Below the pieces are notes generated by a model. That model did no database searches, was not told the origin of the DNA, and saw nothing but the letters and a program-made list of their open reading frames with translations. The translations under genes were made by a program, and so were the position numbers. From positions 1,038,302-1,102,301 of the forward strand of contig CP070689.1 of NCBI GenBank assembly GCA_020353155.1: a DNA stretch of 64,000 nucleotides. Direction: 5' to 3'. Within the stretch, counting starts at the first letter, position 1. The number at the start of each line of letters is the position of its first letter. Below, piece after piece: positions 44,985 to 54,214 of the stretch. This stretch comes from Deltaproteobacteria bacterium. Its GTDB lineage: Bacteria > Desulfobacterota > Syntrophobacteria > BM002.

Positions 44985-47900
44985 ATGACTGTGATATGGG
45001 CATGTCATAGGAAAGAACTGGCTGAGAGAATTCGCAGGCCCAAGCTCCGGCGAATAATCAGGTCCTTGCTTTTGATTGGTGCACTCTTATGTTTTACCGT
45101 CCAATTTGCCCAGGCCGCTGATGTTAGTCAAGATCTGATTAGACAGTTGGTTGAAATAGAAGACCGGAGTACGGGGACTCCCGGCTGTAGTAAGGCTGGA
45201 GATCGGATTGAAAAGGCTTTCAAAACGCTGGGAATTAAACGTGTGGGTCGGCAACGCTTCCTCCTGCCGGTCACCCAATACCAGTCTGCTTATCTCACCA
45301 TAAAAGGTCAACGTACGGTCGTCAAACCACTTCGGCTCAATGCATTGAGCCCACAATCTACCCCGGCAGCGGGTATCCAAGGTCCACTCTATTATGTAGG
45401 AGCAGGAAAACTACAAGATTTCAACTCCATCAAGGTGGAAGGCAGCATCATCCTCATGGAGTTGGATTCTGGTAAGAATTGGCTCAATGCTCCCATGTTG
45501 GGGGCAAAGGGGCTGATCTACGTTGACCGGGGCCCCACTTCTAAATGGTTTTTTGAAGACAAGCGTGAGCTTACCTCCTTGGAATTCCCTCGTTTTTGGA
45601 TGCCACTTTCTCAAGCAAGATCATTATTTGGCTCTTTTGAAACCGCAGCGGATGGTTTGATTGCCTCACGCGTCTTGCTTAGCTCCAGTGGCGGATGGCG
45701 TCGAGTTCAGGGGGAAAACATCTACGCTCTCATCGAAGGTAAAAGTCCAGAGCTCAAGGAGCAGTTACTCGTGGTGGAAGCGTTTTATGACAGCACTGGA
45801 TTAATACCGGGGATGTCTCCTGGTGCCGACGAGGCCAGTAGTATCTTTTCCCTGCTGGATCTGGCCCGCCGTCTGCGTGATAACCCTCCAGGCAGATCGG
45901 TACTTCTATTAGCGACCAGCGGGCATGCCCAAACCCTTGCTGGGATGAGAGAGTTTATTTGGCCTCTTCGATCCAGAAGAAGAGAGCGAAAAAAGGTGGA
46001 GGGTGAACTTAAAACCCGCATCAAACGAGCCCAGGAGGCTCTGGAAGTCCTAAAGGCACCGCTGGTTTTTGAACAAACGAGTGAAGAGGCGGCTGAGCGC
46101 TTGCACGAGACCTTGGCAGAGCAGATCAAAAGCGAGGTGGATTCACTCAGTCAGAGGCTGATGCAGCTTCGCTTGGAGAAGAGTGGTGAGAAAAATCAAA
46201 GACTGATAGATGAGCTAGCCAGACGGCGGCTCCTTTTGCGACGGCTTGGCTGGCGTAGTTCTTACCAGGGTATTGAGGGCGAAGAGCTAAAGCTATTAGA
46301 GGCATTAGTCCCGGCGGCAATCGAGGAAAACCAGACCATTCTTGAGGATGGTCGGGAGCAAATGAAATGTTTGCGGAGCACGGATCGGTTGCGAAGCCTT
46401 ATGAGCAATTTTGACCTCACTGCCTTCATTTCGCTGCACCTTTCTAGCCATGGCGACGGAGTTGGCGCCTTTAATTACGGTTTTATGTACGATTTGAAAC
46501 CTCAAATTAATCGCACAGCTATCTACGCACCGATCAGCCGCATATTGCATAATCTGAGTAAAGAGGTTGAAAAGGAGCTGGGCCTTAGCGCGCTCTTTCA
46601 GGACACCTTGCAGCCTAGCCCATTGCGTCCTTGGCAGAGCTACCTTCCGGACCAACCTGCCCTTGGTGGTGAGGTAAGTGCATTGGCAGGATTTCTGGGA
46701 CTAACCTTGGCCACCCTGAACGATGCCCGTCCATTCTGGGGAACACCCTATGATAAGCCAGACAAGTTGAACCTACCTTACCTCGAGCAACAAAGTCGAC
46801 TGATCTCCGGTCTTATTGAGAAGCTAAGCCATGAACCGCAGCTGGGTTCTGACCGGCTTCCACTGACAGGCTTTTCATCCCTTGTCGGACGGGCAAACTT
46901 CATTCGCCAGGGGGAGCTTTTTCCTGACCAACCTGCCCCTGGAACTCTCGTTCTCGCCTATCAAGGACCGAGCCTCTTTTACACCATGGTAGACTCTGGC
47001 GGCTTGTTTCATGTTCGAGGAATTGCCGACCGCAAGCACACTATCCACAAAGCTATTCTGGAAGGTTTTCGCTTCAGCCAGAACACCGGGGAGATCATTT
47101 GGGCTATTGATAAGGCCACGACCGGCAAAGACGCCTACCGGATCAAGATGACACGAAGTTTTATGGAGACGGATCTGGTCATGTTTGCTTGTCGGACGAC
47201 CACCTTATTCGATCTCTTGGAGCCCCGGACTTTCAGCTATATGTCCAAGATTAAGCTGATAGACGGGAGAAGTGAGGCTAAACCACTGCGCTACTGGTGG
47301 AGCCGCATCGATACCCGCGCCTCCACTCTGGCCAACATATTCCTGGAGCCCATCACTCCATTCAAGTTGACTCTGTCGGATACAGTGCTCAAAAAGAAAC
47401 TTGTTTTGCTAAATTCCGAGGCCGGCAAACCAGAGGGCAGAGGATACCGGGTTGAGCAGTGGCCAATCATTCCAGCCACAGAGTACCGGGTTGCAAGGGA
47501 TATGTGGCACCTCCTGCTGCCACGTATAGTCAATTTGGAGAATCACGGTATCAGGAATGAACGTATTCGCGCCCATCAAAAGGAAGGCATTAAAGCTCTG
47601 GAACGAGCCGAGACAGCACTGGAAAATCGCCGTTACGATCGCTTTATGGAGGAGTCCAGGACCTCCTGGGCTTTGGCCAGCCGCATATATAATGACATAG
47701 AAAAAACACAGAAAGATGTTCTTTTCGGGGTGCTCTTCTACATAGCCCTTTTTGTTCCTTTTGCCTATTGCCTGGAACGTTTACTTTTTGCCTTGGTTGA
47801 TATCCACAAGAGAATCATTGCCTTCTTAGCAATTCTGGGCCTGATTATAACCGTGATTTACTTGGTTCATCCGGCATTTCGCCTAACCTACAGTCCTTTG

Positions 47901-49841
47901 GTGGTAATACTTGCCTTCTTTATCCTCGGTCTTTCGGTTCTGGTGGCCCTTATTATCATTGGTCGTTTCGAGCAAGAAATGGTAATGCTTCAGCAGCGGG
48001 CCCGTCAGATGAGAGGTTCAGAGATAACCCGGACCAAGGCATTCGTCGCTGCCTTCGTCTTGGGCGTCAGTAATTTGCGACGTCGGCCTATACGAACACT
48101 CCTCACATGCGTCACCCTGATTATACTCACTTTCACCATCATGAGTTTCACCACTGTTAAAAGTTTGCGTCATCGTGGTCGACTTCGCTTGCAGGATAAA
48201 TCTCCATATCAAGGTCTGCTTATGAAGATCCTCAATTGGGACAGCCTGCCGCCTGAAGCACTGGCTAGCACAGAGAACAAATTCAAAGACGAGGCCATTG
48301 TGGTGCCAAGAGTTTGGCTGGAGAATAAAGATCGCACTCAGGCGCCTGTGGTTCCCATTCGATTGGGGGGAAAAGAAATTTTGGCAAAAGGTCTGGTGGG
48401 TTTGAGTGCTCAGGAGCCGAGAGTCAGCAATCTTGGTGGCATAGTTAGTCGCGGACGCTGGTTTCGATCAGATGAGCGGCAGGTTGTGCTTCTTCCTGAG
48501 AGAGTTGCAAGAACCCTGGGAGTCTCACTGGGGGACGCTGAGAAGGCTAAGGTGTCAATTTGGGGTACTGATTTTCGAGTGGTGGGTTGTTTCAGGAGTG
48601 AAGGATTGGAGAGTCACCCAGACCTCGATGGTGAGCCCCTTACACCAGCTATATTTCCTAGTGAGGCGGTTATGGAGGTCACCGAGGTGGAGATGGAGGC
48701 CATAGAGGCCGGGGAGGATGTACAGGTCTTTCAAAGCCGCTATCAACATATTTCTGGCGACCTAATCGCAATAATGCCCTTTCAGACTCTCATGGCATTA
48801 GGGGGTAAGCTGAAGGCTCTCGCTATCCAACCGTACTCCCCTGAAGTTACCAGCGGACTTGCCAGAAATCTGGTTGACCGTTTCGGTTTGACCCTTTTTG
48901 CCGGTGAAGAAGAAGGCATCTTTATGTATTACGCCTCTGATGCTCTCAGCTACAGTGGGGTACCCAACATCCTCATCCCTTTATTGATATCCGTGCTCAT
49001 AGTGCTTAACACAATGATCGGCAGCGTCTATGAACGAAAGCGAGAGATTGCCGTTTATACCTCGGTAGGTTTAGCACCTTTTCATGTTTCTTTTCTTTTC
49101 ATCGCTGAAGCGCTGGCATTCGCGGTTCTAAGTGTGGTTTTGGGTTATCTACTGGCGCAGACAAGTGCTGGCCTTTTCGCTGGTACTTCGCTCTGGGGGG
49201 GAATTACTGTGAACTATTCCTCCCTGGCCGGAGTGGCAGCCATGATCCTAGTGATCCTAGTGGTGTTGGTGTCAGTAATTTATCCGTCTCGGGTGGCGGC
49301 CTCCATTGCCATCCCCGATGTAACTCGTGCTTGGACCCTACCAGAACCTAAGGGTGCCGAGATGAAACTAACCCTGCCATTCTTGATGAAATACAAGGAG
49401 CAACTGGGAATTGGCGGGTATCTGCGGGAATACTACTTTTCCCACAAAGATGTGTCACACGGCCTGTTCACCACCGATGACATCTCCTTGGAGTTTTACT
49501 GCCCCCACGACCAATTGTCAGGGCTCGCCGGTCCATATCACTGTGAAAAGGACTGCATCCAGGTCAAAAGCAGGGTCTGGCTTGCACCTTTTGATTTCGG
49601 GGTAAAGCAGTTCGTTCATTTAATTTTCTGCCCGTCAACAGAGTACCCTGAGAACTACCTGGAAATTCAAGTAACCTTGAAGCGTGAGGCTGGAGAGGCC
49701 AACTCCTGGAGACGAATCAACAAGGCCTTTTTAAACGATTTGAGAAAACAATTGCTAGTTTGGAGATCTCTCGACAACGAAGCCCAGGCCCATTATGCTA
49801 AATTGTTGGCAACTGAACAAGCTTATGAGGGGACCACTTAG
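44985..49841 (+). CDS. 1618-aa membrane protein: signal anchor + degenerate M28/PA peptidase-like ectodomain + 3 TM + complete FtsX permease module + C-terminal tail
   Basis: LLLIGALLCFTVQFAQA. PA-like GSIILMELDSGKNWLNAPMLGAKGLIYVD. M28-like VVEAFYDS..PGADEASSIFSLLDLARRL. FtsX VYERKREIAVYTSVGL with flanking TM helices. Confidence 0.75.
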   Translation: MTVIWACHRKELAERIRRPKLRRIIRSLLLIGALLCFTVQFAQAADVSQDLIRQLVEIEDRSTGTPGCSKAGDRIEKAFKTLGIKRVGRQRFLLPVTQYQSAYLTIKGQRTVVKPLRLNALSPQSTPAAGIQGPLYYVGAGKLQDFNSIKVEGSIILMELDSGKNWLNAPMLGAKGLIYVDRGPTSKWFFEDKRELTSLEFPRFWMPLSQARSLFGSFETAADGLIASRVLLSSSGGWRRVQGENIYALIEGKSPELKEQLLVVEAFYDSTGLIPGMSPGADEASSIFSLLDLARRLRDNPPGRSVLLLATSGHAQTLAGMREFIWPLRSRRRERKKVEGELKTRIKRAQEALEVLKAPLVFEQTSEEAAERLHETLAEQIKSEVDSLSQRLMQLRLEKSGEKNQRLIDELARRRLLLRRLGWRSSYQGIEGEELKLLEALVPAAIEENQTILEDGREQMKCLRSTDRLRSLMSNFDLTAFISLHLSSHGDGVGAFNYGFMYDLKPQINRTAIYAPISRILHNLSKEVEKELGLSALFQDTLQPSPLRPWQSYLPDQPALGGEVSALAGFLGLTLATLNDARPFWGTPYDKPDKLNLPYLEQQSRLISGLIEKLSHEPQLGSDRLPLTGFSSLVGRANFIRQGELFPDQPAPGTLVLAYQGPSLFYTMVDSGGLFHVRGIADRKHTIHKAILEGFRFSQNTGEIIWAIDKATTGKDAYRIKMTRSFMETDLVMFACRTTTLFDLLEPRTFSYMSKIKLIDGRSEAKPLRYWWSRIDTRASTLANIFLEPITPFKLTLSDTVLKKKLVLLNSEAGKPEGRGYRVEQWPIIPATEYRVARDMWHLLLPRIVNLENHGIRNERIRAHQKEGIKALERAETALENRRYDRFMEESRTSWALASRIYNDIEKTQKDVLFGVLFYIALFVPFAYCLERLLFALVDIHKRIIAFLAILGLIITVIYLVHPAFRLTYSPLVVILAFFILGLSVLVALIIIGRFEQEMVMLQQRARQMRGSEITRTKAFVAAFVLGVSNLRRRPIRTLLTCVTLIILTFTIMSFTTVKSLRHRGRLRLQDKSPYQGLLMKILNWDSLPPEALASTENKFKDEAIVVPRVWLENKDRTQAPVVPIRLGGKEILAKGLVGLSAQEPRVSNLGGIVSRGRWFRSDERQVVLLPERVARTLGVSLGDAEKAKVSIWGTDFRVVGCFRSEGLESHPDLDGEPLTPAIFPSEAVMEVTEVEMEAIEAGEDVQVFQSRYQHISGDLIAIMPFQTLMALGGKLKALAIQPYSPEVTSGLARNLVDRFGLTLFAGEEEGIFMYYASDALSYSGVPNILIPLLISVLIVLNTMIGSVYERKREIAVYTSVGLAPFHVSFLFIAEALAFAVLSVVLGYLLAQTSAGLFAGTSLWGGITVNYSSLAGVAAMILVILVVLVSVIYPSRVAASIAIPDVTRAWTLPEPKGAEMKLTLPFLMKYKEQLGIGGYLREYYFSHKDVSHGLFTTDDISLEFYCPHDQLSGLAGPYHCEKDCIQVKSRVWLAPFDFGVKQFVHLIFCPSTEYPENYLEIQVTLKREAGEANSWRRINKAFLNDLRKQLLVWRSLDNEAQAHYAKLLATEQAYEGTT

Positions 49842-49959
49842 CTGAAATGGACCTAGTATTAAGCGCTCAGTATTGCGCGCTTAGTCTGCTAATGTGGTCC
49901 ACAGGCACCCTCTCGTCTCTTTGTTGAAGTGATTATTGGCAGCAGAAACAGAAGTGAAA

Positions 49960-51939
49960 ATGGATCAGAACAGGGTAAGACTCCGGGCAATAATTCTAGG
50001 CGTTATACTAGGAATCATAATTTGCGCCCTTACCCCTTATAACAACACCTACCTTAATGCAACGCCTCTTGGAGGCGGACATTTTCCCTTGGCCGCATTT
50101 TTCGTCTTTTTCTGGCTTTCCATTGCTATCGCAGCTCTAGGGAGATTTCGCTTTTCTGCCAGCTGGTTGAGCGGTCGCGAACTCTTTGTCGTCTGGATTC
50201 TCATGGTCATAGCTTCAGGGATTGCCTACACTGGTCTGGTTCGCACTTTCTTCATTAACCTCACAGCTCCTTACCATTTTGCCAGCTTGGGCAATCGCTG
50301 GGGCGAAGTGATTCAGCCTATACTACCTCGGGCTTGGTATCCAGGGGATCCGAACTCCATTAGTCTCCTCTACAATGGATTAGAGGGAGGCAGTCAGATG
50401 GGCTGGTGGCAAGTTGTCCAGAAAATCCCCTGGGACTGCTGGCTGCCGCCCCTCCTGACCTGGGTGGGCTTTGTTCTCCTCTGCTATTGGGTGATGCTCT
50501 GTTTGGTTGATATTTTCAGTGAGCAGTGGATAGCCAACGAGAAGATGAATTTCCCACTCCTTCGTGTGCCCCAGCTCATGGAAGAGGCTCTGGCCGAAAA
50601 GAGGCTATTCCGCTTCCTTGCCAACCGTTTTCTGCTTGTGGGATTGCTGGCCACATTTACCCTCCATCTAATTAATGGACTCCATTTCTATTTCCCTTCA
50701 GTACCCCAGGTTCCGACGCTGATCCTTGCCGGTCCTTATTTCCCCAAACACGGTCTGTTTTCTGGTTTCCACAAGTTAAAAATCTTCATTTATCCAGCCT
50801 TTATCGGTTTTGCTTTTTTAACCTCTAGACAAATATCTTTCAGTTTCTGGTTTTTCTTTTTATTTGGCGGTCTATTGTATGGGTTGTTGAGCGTGTTAGG
50901 TTACAACATACCCGCTGCTGCCCTGGGTGTAACCTTTGGCCCCACCCTCTCGCGGCCAGAAGAAACGCAGGTAATCGGCGCTTACGCTGTCTTTTTTATC
51001 TTCATCCTCTGGTTGGCTCGCTATCACCTGCTGGATGTTACGAAGCAGTGCCTGTTTATTGGTAAAAGGAGAGAATCCGAGGTGGAATGGACTTCTCCGA
51101 GGATCTCCGGTTGGGGATTTTGGCTGGGAACGGCGATACTTATCTTTTGGTGTCTAAAGTTCGGCATGCCTCTGAAGGTGGCACTCCTCCTGCTAGGTGC
51201 CTTCTTATTTATCATGTTGGTGTCCAGCAAGGTGATCTGCCAAGGGGGTATTCCATATTTCACCCTTTCAGCCGCTCCCACAGATGGCCTACTTTCGTTT
51301 TTTGGCTCCCGTTTTTTTACCAATTTGGGACTGGCCATGGCAGCGGTTATGCAAAAGGTGATGTTTTTGGATTTACGGGAATCAATGATGCCTTCACTGA
51401 TTCATGGTGCCAAGGTAAGCGAAGGCGTCCGCTCCAGGCGGTTGATCTTCATGGGAATTATCCTAGCGGTTATTGCTGGGGTGGTGGTCTCCTTCGTGGC
51501 CATGCTCGCCCTTTGTCACAAGTACGGAATCCGCGGGCTGCAGATGGATTGGGCCACCCGTACCACACTTGGCGTATACGAGAATGTCCAGCGCCTCCTA
51601 GATGCTCCAGGTGAGCCGCGTCAGTGGGTGCTCATATTCTCAGCTGTGGGTGCACTTATTATGCTGGTTCTGGTCATTCTCTATCAACGCTTTTACTGGT
51701 GGCCAATACATCCTATAGGCTATCTGACGGCCTACAGTTCGGCAATGAGGATTCTATGGTTCAGCTTCATGGTGGGCTGGCTCTGTAACCATTTGAGTCT
51801 TAGATACGGAGGAGTATCGTTATTCAACAAGGTGCGATTTTTTTTCATTGGCTTGATTATTGGAGATTTTCTCATGGCAGGCTCCTGGGCTCTGGTAGGT
51901 CTCTTCACCTTTGCAAGCTACCAGGTCTTGCCCACGTAA
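49960..51939 (+). CDS. polytopic membrane protein of unknown family (~660 aa)
   Basis: Hydrophobic helices throughout (12 or more by eye). No motif I can assign. TTG 49936 is an alternative start. Confidence 0.7.
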   Translation: MDQNRVRLRAIILGVILGIIICALTPYNNTYLNATPLGGGHFPLAAFFVFFWLSIAIAALGRFRFSASWLSGRELFVVWILMVIASGIAYTGLVRTFFINLTAPYHFASLGNRWGEVIQPILPRAWYPGDPNSISLLYNGLEGGSQMGWWQVVQKIPWDCWLPPLLTWVGFVLLCYWVMLCLVDIFSEQWIANEKMNFPLLRVPQLMEEALAEKRLFRFLANRFLLVGLLATFTLHLINGLHFYFPSVPQVPTLILAGPYFPKHGLFSGFHKLKIFIYPAFIGFAFLTSRQISFSFWFFFLFGGLLYGLLSVLGYNIPAAALGVTFGPTLSRPEETQVIGAYAVFFIFILWLARYHLLDVTKQCLFIGKRRESEVEWTSPRISGWGFWLGTAILIFWCLKFGMPLKVALLLLGAFLFIMLVSSKVICQGGIPYFTLSAAPTDGLLSFFGSRFFTNLGLAMAAVMQKVMFLDLRESMMPSLIHGAKVSEGVRSRRLIFMGIILAVIAGVVVSFVAMLALCHKYGIRGLQMDWATRTTLGVYENVQRLLDAPGEPRQWVLIFSAVGALIMLVLVILYQRFYWWPIHPIGYLTAYSSAMRILWFSFMVGWLCNHLSLRYGGVSLFNKVRFFFIGLIIGDFLMAGSWALVGLFTFASYQVLPT

Positions 51940-51946
51940 ATAATTT

Positions 51947-52022
51947 GGAAGGCGGAACGGGGAATGCGGAGTGGGGAACTTGGAAGGTGTTAATTCCGAA
52001 TTCCGAATTCCGAGTTCCCACC
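51947..52022. repeat. word-array hairpin between the two polytopic genes
   Basis: GGAAGGCGGAACGGGGAATGCGGAGTGGGGAACTTGGAAGG pairs with AATTCCGAATTCCGAATTCCGAGTTCCCACC. Confidence 0.7.
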
Positions 52023-52029
52023 TGGAAAG

Positions 52030-53991
52030 ATGTACGACGATAAAGAGCTAAAAGAGTATCGAGACCTGTTAGAAGTGCCGGATCATTTTGAGGAAGGTTT
52101 CGATTGGAAAACAATTATTGGCGCCATTTTCATCGGTTTCCTCATGATGCCGGGCAGCATGTACCTGCAGCTTGTAATAGGTACAGGCATCGGCCCCGCG
52201 GCTCGTTGGGTGACCATAATTCTTTTTGCTGAACTGGCCAAAAGGTCCTACTCCGAACTAAAACAGCAGGAGATATTCCTCCTTTATTATATGGCGGGGG
52301 CTGCCCTGGCATCACCCTTTCAGGGACTGCTCTGGAACCAGTACCTGGTCCAGTCAGATGCAGCCAAAATGTTGGGACTCACCGAATTCATCCCTGCGTG
52401 GGTGGCACCAGCAGTAGGTTCTGATTCTCTCCTCGAACGCACCTTCTTTCACCGGGATTGGATGATCCCAATTTTACTTCTGGTTGGGTCACAGATTATT
52501 CAACGTATCGATCATTTTGGTCTTGGCTATGCTCTGTTCAGGATCACCTCCGATGTGGAAAAGCTTCCTTTCCCCATGGCGCCGGTGGGAGCCCTAGGGA
52601 CGATGGCCCTGGCCGAATCAACAGAAGATAAGCAAAAGAGTTGGAAATGGCGCGTTTTCTCCATCGGCGGGGTCATTGGTTTGGCCTTTGGCTCTCTATA
52701 TGTGCTTTTGCCTGCTGTTTCAGGCTTGCTATTGACGGAGCCAATCCGTCTTATTCCTATACCGTGGATTGACTTAACCCGCCATACTGAGGATGTATTG
52801 CCAGCTGTGGCCACGGGGTTACAGCTCGACCTAGGGCTCATATTCCTTGGCATGGTCTTGCCATTTTGGGCAGTAATGGGCGGCCTGGTGGGATTGTTAA
52901 TCACCGTAGGAGCCAACCCGGTTCTCTACAAACATGGCATACTCCACCGCTGGCGTCCGGGCATGGGGACGGTTGACACGGTTTTCGCCAACAATTTTGA
53001 TTTTTATATGAGTTTTGGTATTGGCCTTGGACTCGCTATTGGTCTTATAGGGGTGTGGTATGTCCTGCGCTCATTTTGGAATGGCGGTGGAGGTCAACGG
53101 GTTAGCTTTAAAGCACTCTTCAAGCCCCCAGCCGGAAGGGGTGATTTCAATTTTTGGATCTCCATAGGGATCTATGTTTTCTCTACTCTGGCCTATACGG
53201 GCCTATGTGTGTGGCTGGTTCCTAAATTTCCCTGGATCTTCTTTCTTGGCTACGGCTTCATCTATACTCCGGTTATCTCGTATATTACTGCCCGCATGGA
53301 GGGCATTGCCGGACAGTTCGTCAGTTTACCCCTGGTGAGAGAGGCGAGCTTCATTGCAGGGGCCAAATTCTTTGGCTACCAGGGAATTGAGATCTGGTAC
53401 GCTCCCATTCCCATTCACAACTACGGGGAGGCCACTGTCCAGTTTCGCAAGATAGAACTCACTGGAACAAGCATCAGGGGTATCATCAAGGCAGAGATTG
53501 TGGTATTTCCGGTTGTTATGGTGGCAAGCCTTCTCTTCTCTCAGTTTATCTGGCGTCTAGCGCCCATACCCTCCAGTAGCTATCCCTATGCCCAGGAGCT
53601 CTGGCATCTACAGGCTTTAAACACCTTGCTGATGCAAACTTCGACTTTGGAGGGAAATTCTCTTTTCTTCCAGGCGTTGAAGGCAAGTTACGTTTTGGGT
53701 GGCTTGGGCTTTGGCGTAGTGACCTATATCCTACTGAATATCTTGGGCTTACCTGTGCTGCTAGTGTACGGGGTGGTTCGTGGTTTGGGTCAATCTACTC
53801 CCCATAGCATGATCCTCGAGGTGGTGGGAGCTTTACTGGGTCGCTTCTTTTTCCTCAAGCGTTACGGCAAAATGTGGCGCCAGTATGCACCTGTACTACT
53901 GGCGGGATTTTCCTGTGGAATGGGTCTTACTGGTATGTTCGCCATGGGTGTCACCCTAATTCTAAAATCATTAAGTAAACTTGCTTACTAA
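52030..53991 (+). CDS. polytopic membrane protein of unknown family (653 aa)
   Basis: Hydrophobic helices throughout. No motif I can assign. Confidence 0.7.
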   Translation: MYDDKELKEYRDLLEVPDHFEEGFDWKTIIGAIFIGFLMMPGSMYLQLVIGTGIGPAARWVTIILFAELAKRSYSELKQQEIFLLYYMAGAALASPFQGLLWNQYLVQSDAAKMLGLTEFIPAWVAPAVGSDSLLERTFFHRDWMIPILLLVGSQIIQRIDHFGLGYALFRITSDVEKLPFPMAPVGALGTMALAESTEDKQKSWKWRVFSIGGVIGLAFGSLYVLLPAVSGLLLTEPIRLIPIPWIDLTRHTEDVLPAVATGLQLDLGLIFLGMVLPFWAVMGGLVGLLITVGANPVLYKHGILHRWRPGMGTVDTVFANNFDFYMSFGIGLGLAIGLIGVWYVLRSFWNGGGGQRVSFKALFKPPAGRGDFNFWISIGIYVFSTLAYTGLCVWLVPKFPWIFFLGYGFIYTPVISYITARMEGIAGQFVSLPLVREASFIAGAKFFGYQGIEIWYAPIPIHNYGEATVQFRKIELTGTSIRGIIKAEIVVFPVVMVASLLFSQFIWRLAPIPSSSYPYAQELWHLQALNTLLMQTSTLEGNSLFFQALKASYVLGGLGFGVVTYILLNILGLPVLLVYGVVRGLGQSTPHSMILEVVGALLGRFFFLKRYGKMWRQYAPVLLAGFSCGMGLTGMFAMGVTLILKSLSKLAY

Positions 53992-54031
53992 GGCAAGCAC
54001 ATGTCGTTCAAATCGTTTAAATCGTCAAATG

Positions 54032-54205
54032 GTAAACGGTGAAGAGTAAACGGTACGAGATGTTACCCTTTATTTGTTATACGTTATTCGTTATAGGTAA
54101 AAGATCAGCGTGGAACTCGCTTTTCTCTTGCCTCTGATTTGTTGCTGCCTGCTGTCTTCCGACCTCTGACCTCCGACTTCTGATTCCTTACCCTATGCCC
54201 CATGC
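54032..54205. repeat. left copy of a long inverted repeat (IR-L)
   Basis: 54048-54205 equals the reverse complement of 60617-60795, with 2 mismatches and one 21-nt indel (aligned by hand). Confidence 0.9.
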
Positions 54206-54214
54206 CCTCCGCCT

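Noticed and set aside
45120-45960. Calling the giant protein an active M28 aminopeptidase
   Set aside because: The positions corresponding to the first His ligand and the EE pair read Phe and Gly-His in my alignment, so activity cannot be supported.
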